Positions 32,300 through 43,926 of a stretch of DNA of 64,000 bases are shown piece by piece. The position numbers and the translations under genes are program-made. Position 1 is the stretch's first letter. Each line of letters opens with the position of its first letter. The notes below the pieces were generated by a model. That model searched no databases and had not been told where the DNA came from. It saw only the letters and a list, made by a program, of their open reading frames with translations. The stretch is from Piedraia hortae CBS 480.64 (taxonomy: Eukaryota), in assembly GCA_010093745.1 (NCBI GenBank), contig MU005964.1:1-64000 (forward strand), given 5' to 3'.

Positions 32300-34452
32300 G
32301 AAAACCCACAGAATAACACTTTTCGTGTAAAATTGGAGGGCGATGACGAATTAAAGGTAGCAGCTATATCATAGCTACGATACAGGAGGTGATATTCTCA
32401 ACACCAGCGAATATTCAAATGATTTGCCAATCCTCAACAGCATTCGCTGATACGTAAGCCATCATCGACAACAAGTACCGATCTTGCACAGAATTTGAAC
32501 AATGACTCCGCAAGGACACCAGATGACAGCCGCTAGACAGAAAATGGACGATGAGTGGAACCTCTCATTATTTAACTCTCGGGCAGTCCTTCTATAGTAG
32601 AGTGTGTCTGGTAGAAGCGCTCACCCAAACACCACAAACACCACTACAAACATTCACCCCCAAAGCGATCCCCTGCAACACCTCTTCCCCCATTGTCATT
32701 ATCCTCTTGTGAACGCTCAGTAAAAGACAGCTAGCCGATAACCTGTCCGTGTCTCTGGCCAGATAGAGGCTTGGTGAACCTGTTGCCTCCATACAAGCCG
32801 ATTCTACCCATTTGCTGATGACACCCCCGAACGTAACAGACCTCATTGCCCCGCTGCAGAAACGTTAGCAAACCTCGATAATGCCTGAGGAATGACCAAT
32901 ACGTACGCTGGCGAACACCTTCGTTCGTTCGGCATCCACCAGACATGTTTGAGGCTGGCGGAGCTCAGTCTCTAACCGATCTTGCCGCTTGCTGACGGCC
33001 AGGAGAACACGCATGAGCAAGGTATCCCTTGATCGTGCTGGTTGCTTGGAAGGATTAGTTAACTGGTAGTTCAGTATCCAAACTTGAACACTGGCAAAGC
33101 TTGAAATGGCGATCGTGCACATCGGCCTGGCTGCAGGAGATTGAAAGCAAAAAACACTGTTTCCTGGCCATTGAGCATAATGCTGGCGCCTTCATCTTAT
33201 CAGCTGAGCACCGGTCCAACAGCATCAACCATATCAGCGAGTGTTGACCCATGCGGACCAAGTCAAGATTGGTGCGTCGGTTTCGTGCAACTTGACCGAG
33301 GGCAGCATTCACCAAGGAACACCACAGGACAGATCGGTAGTTGCTCCGATATAGGCCGAAACCGTCAATTTATGTAGATAGAGGGAGTGACACAACTGGG
33401 CCAGGTATCTGCGTCAGGAGTCGCTCGCGCCCGTATGTTTCTATCCTTAGCTGGCCACGTATTGAATGCGACTGCAATAGCGGCCGCAGCTGGTGAGAGG
33501 CCAGCATAGTCGCGTTATATATGCGACGCACAAGATACCGGCAAGTGGCAATGTCAGGTGGAATTGAGTTCCTCACGTATGCCGTACCCGTAGTGCTGGC
33601 TGATGTGGTCGACAAAACGATGAACCATTGACTCCAAGATGTGGTCCACGCGGTCTTCCACAAGGAATGGCTCTTTAGGGTGGGTGTTTGGCTCCGTTTG
33701 CTCAGCGACAGGAAGCCCTTCTAATACTTCTACGGTCACAGAAAAATGCTGGTAAAGTCGAGGAAAAACTTGGTGGCCAGTGTATAACCCTCCGCCGTGG
33801 TGCAGTTAAGCTCGTCTGCGCCGAAGGCGAGTGTAACTCTGCTAGGGAATTTCCTCTGCAAGCGCAGCCAGTGGAGTTGCACGGGTATTTGAGGAAATTG
33901 GAGGGCAGAATCGGCTGGCCTTCGCTAGACCTGTGGCGTGAGTCAATAAGTCATGGACGAGTGGGATATCTCGCCATTTCACCTCATGGTGTCCTGCCAT
34001 GGCTGCACAGCTTGATCGACAACGTGTCCAAATCCCTTGTGCATCTTCATTCCCAGCTCTTCGGGCGAAAGGATAGTTTCAAATATGTCATGAGAATCGA
34101 AAAAGTAAATCTTGCCACCAGTTGAAGTAGAGGTGGGAAGCTTGTTAAAGTCAAGACATATTGGGTTGTATCGCATCGTTGACGATGGGAGTGAGCCCAT
34201 GCAATGCCGTGTTAGTTTCAACGTCGTCAAAAGATTTTGAAGGCTGCTAGAATCTTCAATTGTGTTTATGAAGTATGAGCCTTGTTCCCAACCAATGCGA
34301 CACCTGGTCTTCGCTGTATTTCGGAATAAATCTTGGGTTGATGAGATTACAATAGTCGTTATGAATACAGGGTGCTCATGATTGGGGCACAGCTGCTTCT
34401 GTATCATCGGTCCTCGGCAGTTTTCCGGGACTTTCCTTCCTGCGCGCGTCAT
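32300..34452 (-). mobile_element. Degenerate transposase-like relic (CMC/CACTA-Plavaka-type family inferred)
   Basis: Collinear broken blocks: KLPT..IYFFDSHDIF..KMHKGFGHVVD; LRPLLQSHSIRGQLRIETYGR; VVSLPLST*IDGFGLYRSNYRS..AALGQVARNRRTNL..GQH. These match a recalled fungal family (FIDGFGLYRNxYRS..ERNRRANV..LGPH). No terminal inverted repeats found; lower boundary approximate. Confidence 0.6.
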
Positions 34453-36923
34453 GTAGTGCGATCGACGCCGTTAGTCTCGCTGTCGATTTTCAACTTGTTC
34501 GATTGAAATTTGGGTGCCTGTCGGTATAACTTGATCTATCAGCATTTTCCGAAGAGGATTCGGAGGATCACTTGGCTCAAGCCGGGCGTCCACTGGCACT
34601 CTTCTCGATTAATAGAAGCTTGCTGCTGCATTCACAAATTTCTGTCCTTCTTGTCTCATCATCGAGGAGTTCAAAGTGTTGCGGCAACATCGGTACCGCA
34701 TGTTAACACCACACTCATGAAATCTCCATGTTCTTGGCGCTGAGTAATTGCACATCTCGTTCTTGCTTTTAGAGACGGACCATGAAACGTGTATCGCCAA
34801 TCGGTGAGCTAGGTCGTTCATGCCAGACGGCATGGATCGCGGACACAATGGTCCATCAGGGCTAGATTGTGAAAACGGAATCACTGCCTTGGGGGGACTC
34901 ATTCCAGGCTGTGGGCTGACGTTGAAAAATGCATGCCAACCTCCGGGTAGATTGCAAGACGTCGTATAATGCAATCTCATTCTGATCTAGCTTGATTGGT
35001 GTTGATCTAGGATCTGGGACCAGTACGCATTTCCAGCGCACTGAGAACGGCGCCAATTGTTCTCGCCAGTGGGGTTTGAAGGAGCGACGGATCTGTGGCC
35101 TGCTTGCAGGATTCGTTGAAAAATTGAACATGGTGATATTCTGTTAAAAAGCGCCGCTGAGTCCAATGTCCAAAGGGGCGCAAAAGTGCGTCGATCAAGA
35201 GCGGAACATTGTGGTTCGCCACCCGTCCGTCGAACTGACGCACATGGTCGACAAGAGTTGCTTCCGTCATCCATGCAAACCCGTGACATTGCCAAACAAT
35301 GTTGGTGGCGAGCGGAGTGGCTGAGTGAAAGCTGTCCAAATTCCATCGAGAAGATTTTCTGGACATGAAAGCGTGGATTTACTTGGCATCTGCTCGCGCC
35401 GGTCCGCAAAAACATCATCTATTCACGGTGGTCTGAAGAGCCATCGCTTCGAAGGTCAATTCTATCGTGTAGAGTAGAACGTACTGGTCCACGAGGCGGT
35501 TCAACACAATCGTTAGCCGCTCAGGGTCCAAGGCAACCGTTTCAACAAAAACCAGAGATCCTCAGCCGCGCCTCTGCACGGACAGCTCGCCTGTCATGCA
35601 GGCCAGGGTACTACCCCTGCATACGATACGTCGGCAAAGGTATGGCATTGCGATTTTGCCACCTCATTGTTCTCTACGGCGTTGAAAGGCTGAAGAACAG
35701 GAAAGCACCCTTGTCAATCTGCAAGGGTAAGCTTGCCACGAAGCCTCTCTTATTTTAATTCGGAAGATATACGCCGCATTTATACAGTGCTCAGCCTCTA
35801 CGAACATCATGTGCTTCGGGAATCAGGCAACATTGGGTACCATCAATCCACCAGGAGCGTTTAATAGAAGGCAACAAGGCCCTTCACGACAATGTTCGAC
35901 TGGTATAAGAGAGAGACCGTTGCTGCATCGAAGTTATCCACTTTTCACAATCACCATGCGAGCAACAGAAACAACGGAAACAAAAGTGCCTTCCAACTCG
36001 AACAAACCTACTGAGGACTGGCGTTCATTTTCCTGGTTGTGGTTCGAACCGAAGAGACCTAGCTTCATACTGACGTAAATCCAACCCCTATGATGAGTAC
36101 AAAGGATCGGTCCTTGACACAATTTATGAAACTAAGTCAGAAGTACTTGCTTCCCAACCAATGCATTCTGAAGATTACTGACTTTCGATCAGCCGTCCTA
36201 TGCCGAGAGTCATCAAACAGGTAGTGCGGACACGGGTACATCTGGAACTGGCGGTCGTTAGGAATTAATGGGATGACACGGATCGGATTGCACTAGTTAA
36301 AGCAGAGTTTGTGGATGCTTCAGAGTTTGATAATCGTTTTGTAGTTGCTTGATATGTTTACTCTGCCTCTGACCATCGCGAGCCGCGTTTATCCGTATGA
36401 AATGCTTCTAAATGACACACGACTGATGCATGAAGCAGTATTGGAGAGCCTGCTCCACCTGGCGGACTGGGCAAGTCTAACCTTTATTGTTGATTCCACA
36501 CGCCCAATGTATTCTTACCGATGAACACGCTCGCCGCGATCCCCCTCCCTTCCATTCACACACTCCCAGATACCATTTCGCCGCTCGTCCGTCCTGGTTC
36601 TCTCTGTCTGCACAAGCTCTCTACAGTTGCAGCTGCCAAACATGCAGATTACTCATCCACATATCCACTCGTGAAACGCTTGGCACTGATCTTTCCCACA
36701 CTTTCAGTATACCGTGCCCTCACCAAGACAATTTAGCAGTTTCTTTGGCGCCTACAGAATGTCCTTATAGCTACAGGGGGTCGAAAAAACCGACAGGAGC
36801 CATTTAATTGGTGTCACGCACGGTAATAATCCGGTGGTGTGGCTTGGCTTCTTTTTTCCCCTGAAACCTACGCACAATCACACTACCTCTCTTTACAGAG
36901 CTTTTTTTTTTTTTTTTGCTAGT

Positions 36924-38135
36924 ATGCCTCGTCAGAATCAGCCAGCGCCGCGTCGCTCTTCACGAGTCGCGTGGCAGACGAAGAAGGCGACAGAGGCAGA
37001 GAACTCTATCCGCGGGAATGAAGAGGCTTCGTCTCCGCAGCCCGAGGGTGGCCCGCATACGCGTAAGTACTCTAGCATTACTGAAGATCAGTCTACGCAG
37101 TCCGTAGATGCTCAAGGCAAGTCAAAGCAGCCTCTGGAAAATCCTCTCCGCCGCTCTGCGCGCAACGCCGCTAAATCGGCTCCTGGCGACAACCAGCATC
37201 AGGCCCGGCAGCATTCTCCGGACGCTGCCACTGCGGCTGAAGGAAGCGGAAATAGTTCCATGGAACTTCAGAGTGAGGTTTCAACGCTGAGCCTCAGTCA
37301 TGAGCTCCAGATTGATCCCCGTCTTCGCTCTCAGGGCAATGCTTCAACCATCGTCAAGGAGGCAGCAGCCCATCCGGAGGGCAGAGAATCTGAACAGAAG
37401 AGCACCCACCGCCGCGAAATCACAAATCCTGCCAGGACTGCTCCAGCCAATGCCGTCAGCACGTTAAGCGAGCTGAGCCTGCCGCCTAGCTCCGCCGACA
37501 TCTTAGGCACGGCTCCGGAGACGGTCAAGAAGACCATCAGCAGCAAAAACAAGCAGACTAGGCCGTCCGCTGGTGCAAATAAGCTGTCGACGACGATTGA
37601 CGATCTGCTGGACAATCTGTCCAGCGGATCGTCTACGACAAACGCAAGCCTGCCCGAGCCCGCTAATCTCCTAAAGAAACTGCAGGAGGTTGCTGCAGAG
37701 TCCAAGAAGGCTGAAGAAGAGGATGATCCGGAACATGATGACAACCCGATGCTCCGGCGCTCGACGAGAACCCGCAAGCGGCATTCACAGGATGAAGCCG
37801 GACCGTCAACTAAGAAGGCTCGCGGGGTGAAGGCCATGGCCTCTAAGCGTGGCAAGGGCAAACAGGCAGCCCAGAAAGGTGACGAGGACGGAGAACAACT
37901 GGAGAATGATGATGATGTGATTGAAGAAGTCGGTGTGAAGGTTGATCATGACATGGAAGGGGGAATCAAGGAGAAAGAAAAACCGCCCGCGCAGTCGAAC
38001 GAGGGCCCGTCGCTGCGTCGTCGCTCCTCTCGTGCGGCAAAGCTTTCGCAGATGGCGGCCGAAGTCTCCTCCGGGAAACGTGACAAGCCGGCCGCTATGC
38101 GTTCTTTCCGTCGTGTTATGCCGGGTAAGAAATGA
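36924..38135 (+). CDS. Low-complexity, probably nuclear, hypothetical protein (403 aa)
   Basis: Long ORF starting after a poly-T tract; repeated RRSxR motifs and acidic and basic patches. No domain recognised. Confidence 0.7.
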   Translation: MPRQNQPAPRRSSRVAWQTKKATEAENSIRGNEEASSPQPEGGPHTRKYSSITEDQSTQSVDAQGKSKQPLENPLRRSARNAAKSAPGDNQHQARQHSPDAATAAEGSGNSSMELQSEVSTLSLSHELQIDPRLRSQGNASTIVKEAAAHPEGRESEQKSTHRREITNPARTAPANAVSTLSELSLPPSSADILGTAPETVKKTISSKNKQTRPSAGANKLSTTIDDLLDNLSSGSSTTNASLPEPANLLKKLQEVAAESKKAEEEDDPEHDDNPMLRRSTRTRKRHSQDEAGPSTKKARGVKAMASKRGKGKQAAQKGDEDGEQLENDDDVIEEVGVKVDHDMEGGIKEKEKPPAQSNEGPSLRRRSSRAAKLSQMAAEVSSGKRDKPAAMRSFRRVMPGKK

Positions 38136-39389
38136 TATGCAAGGGCGAAGATCAGGCTGTGTGCATCTTGGATGCCAAATGTTTAATGCGAAGAGAGAAG
38201 GTGAACAGATAGGTATCCAAAACGCGTGAAATACTTGTGACCCAATGATCTCGTTTCCAATTTTTCATAGCTGTGGGTTGTAGATAAATGAGTCCAGTGA
38301 AATGTACACAGGTCTGTGATTGGTCATCTGAAAATTGTGTCTTGACTCGTCACGGTGGCTCTACAAATTCTGTGGCAGCAGAACTGGCAGCTTGCCATCT
38401 GCTCACGCCATTCCGCACGACAGTCTAATGAGAGATTTGTAATACCAGCTGCCAGGAATAGATTTCTGGTCGAACAACTACAAATGGCAAGCGAGCGATC
38501 ACCTCATTGAAACAAGCAAGCCTTCTGTCGAGCACCACAACCTTTCTACTCTGCCCAAACGCATGCCTCCAAAAATCTGTTGGGAAGAAAGCATTATCAA
38601 GCACTCCTCCTGAAGCCTGAAGTCTTCACTGTCCTAGAAATAGCTCTTCCCTCGCACAGTTATACCCCGCCGAAAAATGGTACCGCTTGCTGAGAAGCAA
38701 AAGGTGTTGAGAGTGAGCGTCTGCAAACGTAAGTTGGGCAATGAAGAAAGCAGACCTTTTCTCATAACCAGCTGCCCTGCTCCGCCCGCTAAGCTGGACC
38801 ATCGGACACTCTTCCCAAGCACAGCGAGAGAAACATTCTTAACAAGCACTTACCAAGCACTAACTCCTATGCCTCACGCCTTCTTTATACTAGAATCAGC
38901 TCTTTCCTCCCCCTTCAACTCCGGATCATTACCAAGTGTCTTACACTTTCCCTTCACACATCCTTCCGCATAACCCTCAAGATGTGCACTCAGATGATGA
39001 TGGTGCTTGCTCGGAGCCAGCAGGGTAAGTTGTCGCGCAACGATGAAACCTTGTCGAGGAAAGGCAGTTGTCAAGCAAGAACCATAGAGCGATGCTAGTG
39101 GGCAATCTGACCGCTGAAACCATCAAGTATTACGTCAAGATGATACAGGGGCCATACAATTGTCCTGCTGCAACAGCTAATATTGATCACCCAAACAAGA
39201 GAGGAGAGTGTAAAAGAGAAGAACGAGTCAGCTCGTTGGGATGAGTAGGCCTTGTTCCCGTTATCGTCATGAAGCACCACGATCGTACTGCTGTGTCAAT
39301 CAGGATTGGGTACACATCTTCCAAGAGTGGTGAAGGGACAGACGTACCAAGCGCTCTGCTTATAGGTAGCAAAGTTCTTTTCCTGACCA

Positions 39390-39918
39390 TGTTACGAACC
39401 TCCAGTCATGGAGGAAGACCTGGGTAATGATGGTCAAGACGGTGTTTTCGAACACAGAGCAGCTGGCGTTGGAGGGCGAAGAGGATGGGACCAACGAGGG
39501 TACGTGGATAGCCGCCGATCGAAGAAATTATTACACGAGTACAGCAACGCGGCCGTACACCAATATCCCTAATGCGTCGTATGGCAATACCACGGACGCC
39601 AAGTACCGCAAGGGTCATGAGGCCTCGAGGATGTTCCAGAATCGCTTCGCACTGAGGAAGCCCGGATCTACGTCCAGCCTTTCAGGAGGGCTTTGATCTC
39701 GGTTGAGACTGAGGCGGGGAGTGGGTTCAGATCTCGCTGTTTTTTTTTCTATCGGCGTTCTTTCAATATACGGGTGGCTTTGCCCCGTCACTGGGCTGGG
39801 TGGGTAGAGACCCAGATCTAGCCTAAACAATAGGAAATAGAGGTTTCTAAGTAGGTAGATGGACCACCTGCCCCTCTGAGCGGAGCTCACGGTAGAAGAC
39901 TGAATAAACGAATAAATA
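39390..39918 (+). mobile_element. 3' remnant of a LINE-like (Tad-type) retroelement
   Basis: Frameshifted RNase H-like motif (SSHGGRPG/NDGQD, compare WxPxHxGxxGNExAD), a possible eroded Cys-knuckle region, a 3' hairpin TGAGC-GGA-GCTCA (39877-39889) and a GAATAAAC-GAATAAAT tail. Confidence 0.45.
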
Positions 39919-40386
39919 TTTTGGTTGATGTCAGGATCTCAGTCCCAGTTCCAATCACGAGGCTTCGACACGGCCCGCTCGGCACGGCCCGCGAAGTCCT
40001 ACGCCACCGAGACAGTTTGCCCTTTTGCTCTTCACGCGTTGCTCTAGTCTTTCAGGCAGTATAGAGTAGAGCACACCGCATAGCTCCGTTCCTTGTGCTC
40101 TCTGGCCTCTTGGGTCCGACAGCTAAGGCGGATGATTGCGAATAACAATTAAGTTGTTTTTTTCGATAACAAGTAACTTCACTCTCACGAGTGAACATTG
40201 GAATCTATAGTTACAAAATCATATCAAATCAAAGATGTAATGTGAGATTTCAGAGATGATACAGACAGCGATCAAGTGCATTCCTGTCCGTCTGTTCATT
40301 CACCAGAAAATTCCAGACGTGGGGCTCGCTTAGTAATCGTGACCTCACGCCGAACGAGTCATGCTCTCTGTCTGAATTCTCCGGCC

Positions 40387-41553
40387 ATGGCTATTGAACG
40401 AGCAATGTCTACGGCTCTCTCGCGATCTATACGGCGGACGACACCGCAATGGCGATACGCAGCGGCAGCCAGTCTCATCCAACCGCGCGTCTTCACCTCC
40501 AGTGCATGGGACTCCTTACCTCTGCGCGGGAAGCGCTTCGGCGGACTCAGCGATGCACCGAGCACCTACTTCCAGCGACCCTCATTACCAGCGAACACAA
40601 TCATCAAATTCGTCCCGCAGCAAACAGCATGGGTAGTGGAGCGGATGGGCAGATTCCACCGGATCCTGAAACCCGGACTAGCGATTCTAGCGCCGTTCAT
40701 CGACCGTATCGCGTATGTGAAGAGTTTGAAAGAGAACGCAATGGAGATTCATCCCCAAAAAGCGATTACATCGGATAATGTGACGCTGGAGCTGGATGGG
40801 GTGTTGTATACCCGCGTGTTTGATCCGTTCAAGGCGAGTTATGGCGTTGAGGATGCGGATTATGCTATTTCTCAGCTGGCGCAGACGACGATGAGGAGTG
40901 AGATTGGACAGCTGACGCTGGATCATGTACTAAGGGAGAGGGTTACGTTGAATACCAATATCACGCAGGCGATCAATGAGGCGGCTGCGGAATGGGGGAT
41001 TCGTTGCTTAAGGTATGAGATTCGCGATATTAATGCGCCGGAGCCGGTGGTGGAGGCTATGCATAGGCAGGTTACGGCTGAGAGGAGTAAGAGGGCGGAG
41101 ATTCTCGACTCTGAGGGCCAAAGGCAGAGCGCTATCAATATTGCTGAGGGACGGAAACAGTCGGTGATTTTGGCGTCAGAGGCTGAGAAGACGGAGCGCA
41201 TCAATAAAGCTGGCGGTGAGGCCGAGGCTATTCTGCTCAAGGCCAGGGCGACGGCGTCGGGTATTGATGCTGTGGCTAGTTCGATTGAACAGGGTAAACA
41301 GGCTGCTCAGGGAGCTGTTTCGTTATCGGTGGCTGAGAAGTACGTGGATGCGTTTGGGAAACTTGCCAAGGAAGGCACTTCGGTCGTTGTTCCGGGTAAT
41401 GTTGGTGATATCGGTCAGATGATTGCCACTGCAATGAGTGTCTACGGCAAGGTCGGCGAGTCGCAGGCAAAGGCCCAGGCACAGCGTCTAATTCAGCAGT
41501 CTCCGTCTCAGCCCGAAGGGGAGCAGACCAAGATAGAAAATGGAGCACAGTGA
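40387..41553 (+). CDS. Mitochondrial stomatin-like (SPFH/band 7, SLP-2-type) protein
   Basis: FVPQQTAWVVERMGRF, SQLAQTTMRSEIG, CLRYEIRDI, QVTAERSKRAEIL, AEKYVDAF; N-terminal presequence. Confidence 0.93.
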   Translation: MAIERAMSTALSRSIRRTTPQWRYAAAASLIQPRVFTSSAWDSLPLRGKRFGGLSDAPSTYFQRPSLPANTIIKFVPQQTAWVVERMGRFHRILKPGLAILAPFIDRIAYVKSLKENAMEIHPQKAITSDNVTLELDGVLYTRVFDPFKASYGVEDADYAISQLAQTTMRSEIGQLTLDHVLRERVTLNTNITQAINEAAAEWGIRCLRYEIRDINAPEPVVEAMHRQVTAERSKRAEILDSEGQRQSAINIAEGRKQSVILASEAEKTERINKAGGEAEAILLKARATASGIDAVASSIEQGKQAAQGAVSLSVAEKYVDAFGKLAKEGTSVVVPGNVGDIGQMIATAMSVYGKVGESQAKAQAQRLIQQSPSQPEGEQTKIENGAQ

Positions 41554-41625
41554 GCGTTTTGATTGATTCAATTGTATGATATGATGAAGTGAATAGCTCA
41601 TCGTAAGTCTAATATAACTGCCAAA

Positions 41626-42296
41626 CTACTCTGATTTGATCAGTCCCTTTGATTCTAGATGCTTCATGATGGTCTTGACGGCGTCTTCCACGCTGGTCTT
41701 CTCGCTGTGGATGTGAATGTCTGGATTCTCCGGCGCCTCGTACGGGGCGCTGATGCCGGTGAATTCAGCAATCTGACCGGCCCTTGCCTTTTTGTATAGG
41801 CCCTTGGGGTCACGCTTCTCGGCTTCCTCTACGGGAATGTCGACAAAGACTTCTACAAATTCCAACGAGGAATCTGTGTTGGTGGTGTCTGCATGCAACC
41901 GACGGGCCAGCTCTCGCTCTTCCTTGTAGGGAGAGATGAAAGACGTCAAGGCAATGGTGCATGAATCAGCAAAGAGCTTGGCCACTTCTGCAATGCGACG
42001 AATGTTTTCCTTGCGGTCTTTGGGAGAGAAGCCAAGGTCTTTGTTGAGGCCGAAGCGAACATTATCCCCGTCAAGACGGTAGGCTGCCATCCCAAGATGG
42101 AGCAAATGCTGCTCCAGAGCAATGGCAATGGTTGACTTGCCTGAAGCTGAAAGTCCGGTAAACCATATGGTGAACCCTTTTTGCTTCCGGAGCTCGCTGC
42201 GCTCCTGTCTAGTTAGACCAGCATGCCACGTAATGTTGCTGCAGTTGTCTATCAATCTACTGGGTTTTCACCACTTTGGGGAACTCACGTCGCCAT
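41626..42296 (-). CDS. MET14: Adenylyl-sulfate kinase (exons 42296-42289 and 42238-41626)
   Basis: MAT|NITWH spans a 50-nt intron (42239-42288). Motifs [35 protein letters not shown]. Confidence 0.97.
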
Positions 42297-42386
42297 GTAT
42301 TTTGCAGGTGGTAAGAATCCTTGACAGACTTTGGCTCTAACCGAGGTCCACACCGTCACCTACCCATCCAATTAGATCCATCGAGA

Positions 42387-42908
42387 ATGACGAGGATCCC
42401 TCGTGAGCTTTACCAGTTCCGCTCGCAAGCAAAGGGAGATGTTTTACAGCTGCAGCCAGAGGGGGATGATCTGACAAAGCTGTATGCCGTCATCTCCGGT
42501 CCCAAAGGGACGGGATACGAGGGTAAGTTCTGATATCACAAAATAAGATTCCATCCCACTCACAGATAATTCCCATATACAGGCGGCAAATGGAAAATCT
42601 CGATCCAAGTCCCACAGGCCTATCCCAACGCAGCGCCCGTCATGCGGTTCGTGACACCTGTATGCCATCCCAACGTGCACTTCACCACAGGCGAAATCTG
42701 TCTCGACCTGTTGAACACAGGCACCGACGGAAAATGGACACCAGCCTACACTCTCGTCACAGCGCTTGAAGCAATTGTCCAACTACTAGCCGCAGGTGCC
42801 GAACCCGACAGTCCCCTCAACGTCGACATCGCCAAACTCTTACGAGAAGGGGACTACGTAGCCGCCGAAGGCCTCATAAAGTATTACACTAATCTCTACG
42901 CCAAGTAG
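42387..42908 (+). CDS. PEX4: Peroxisomal ubiquitin-conjugating E2 (exons 42387-42522 and 42583-42908)
   Basis: GPKGTGYEG|GKW spans a 60-nt intron. Catalytic HPNVHFTTGEICLDLL; Pex4-type PDSPLNVDIAKLLREGD. Confidence 0.88.
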
Positions 42909-42914
42909 CAATCA

Positions 42915-43926
42915 TCACACCCTCCTCCCATACCACTCTCTCTCCTCCCCCCCCCAAAATCCCTCCAACAACCCATGCTTCTGTTGTTCCTTCCCCCAGT
43001 CAACCTCAAACCCAAACGAATCAAGCATCTGTTCCGCCGTCCCCCAACTAAACCTACACTCCCCACTCCACCCAAAAAGCGGGTGCATATTCTCCCTCAG
43101 CCACCTCGTACACCTCCCATCAGACGGATACCCTGACCCCCAATCCTCCTCCCCGCCCCCAAACCCCTCCCAAAGCACCTCCAAAGCCCTATCCCTCGTA
43201 ACCTTTGCCGCCACCGACGCAGCCGACACAACAGGAAATAGTGCATCGGCCTTCTTCTCAACCACAAACCTCCCAATCTCAGGAAAAGCTCTCTCCAACC
43301 TCTTCTGATACGTCGCCGGCGATCCCACCGTGTCAACATACACCTCCTTCACATGAACACCCAGCTCCATAACCCCCCTAATCAACGCAACAGTCGCTTC
43401 GAAAGCCTGCGTGTTGAGGTTCTGTCCGCCGCCGACACCCAGCTGGAGTGATGAGATCTCCCTCGCGGAGAGGACACGCACGCCCCACCCACAGGTTTTG
43501 TGGAGTTGTGTGTTTGGAGTGCAGAGCGCGGCTAGCATTCGCTCCCGCGCGGCAGGGGAGAGGGTTTTTGAGTCTGCAAAGCCTGCCGAGGGGAGAAGGG
43601 TTGTGGCATTTGCAGGGAGATAGGTTATTCCGTAGACCATTGGGCCTGAGAGGGTTACTTTGGGGATAAAAGGGGGTTTGGGGCTTACCGAGGACGGGAC
43701 CGCGGCCGGCTTCGTCGATTCCGAGGATGCAGGGGGTTGAGGGCGTGATGCCTAAAGGGAGGGAAGTGAGGTAGGTGTAGCTTTGCCCTGAGAGGATTGT
43801 TTCGCGGTTGATGGAGGGGGGAAGGAAGGATGCTTCGCGGGGGGGTTGAGATGTTTCCTCTGGGGGGTTGTCTTTGGATTCGAGGTCGGGCTCGAGGGCG
43901 TTCGCGGTGGGGGATTGGGATGGCAT
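42915..43926 (-). CDS. RNH201: Ribonuclease H2 catalytic subunit A (exons 43926-43689 and 43645-42915)
   Basis: LGIDEAGRGPVLG|PMVY spans a 43-nt intron (43646-43688). Motifs ADSKTL, VYVDTVG, KKADALFPVVSAASVAAKVTRD, GSGYPSD, RFSW. Confidence 0.95.
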
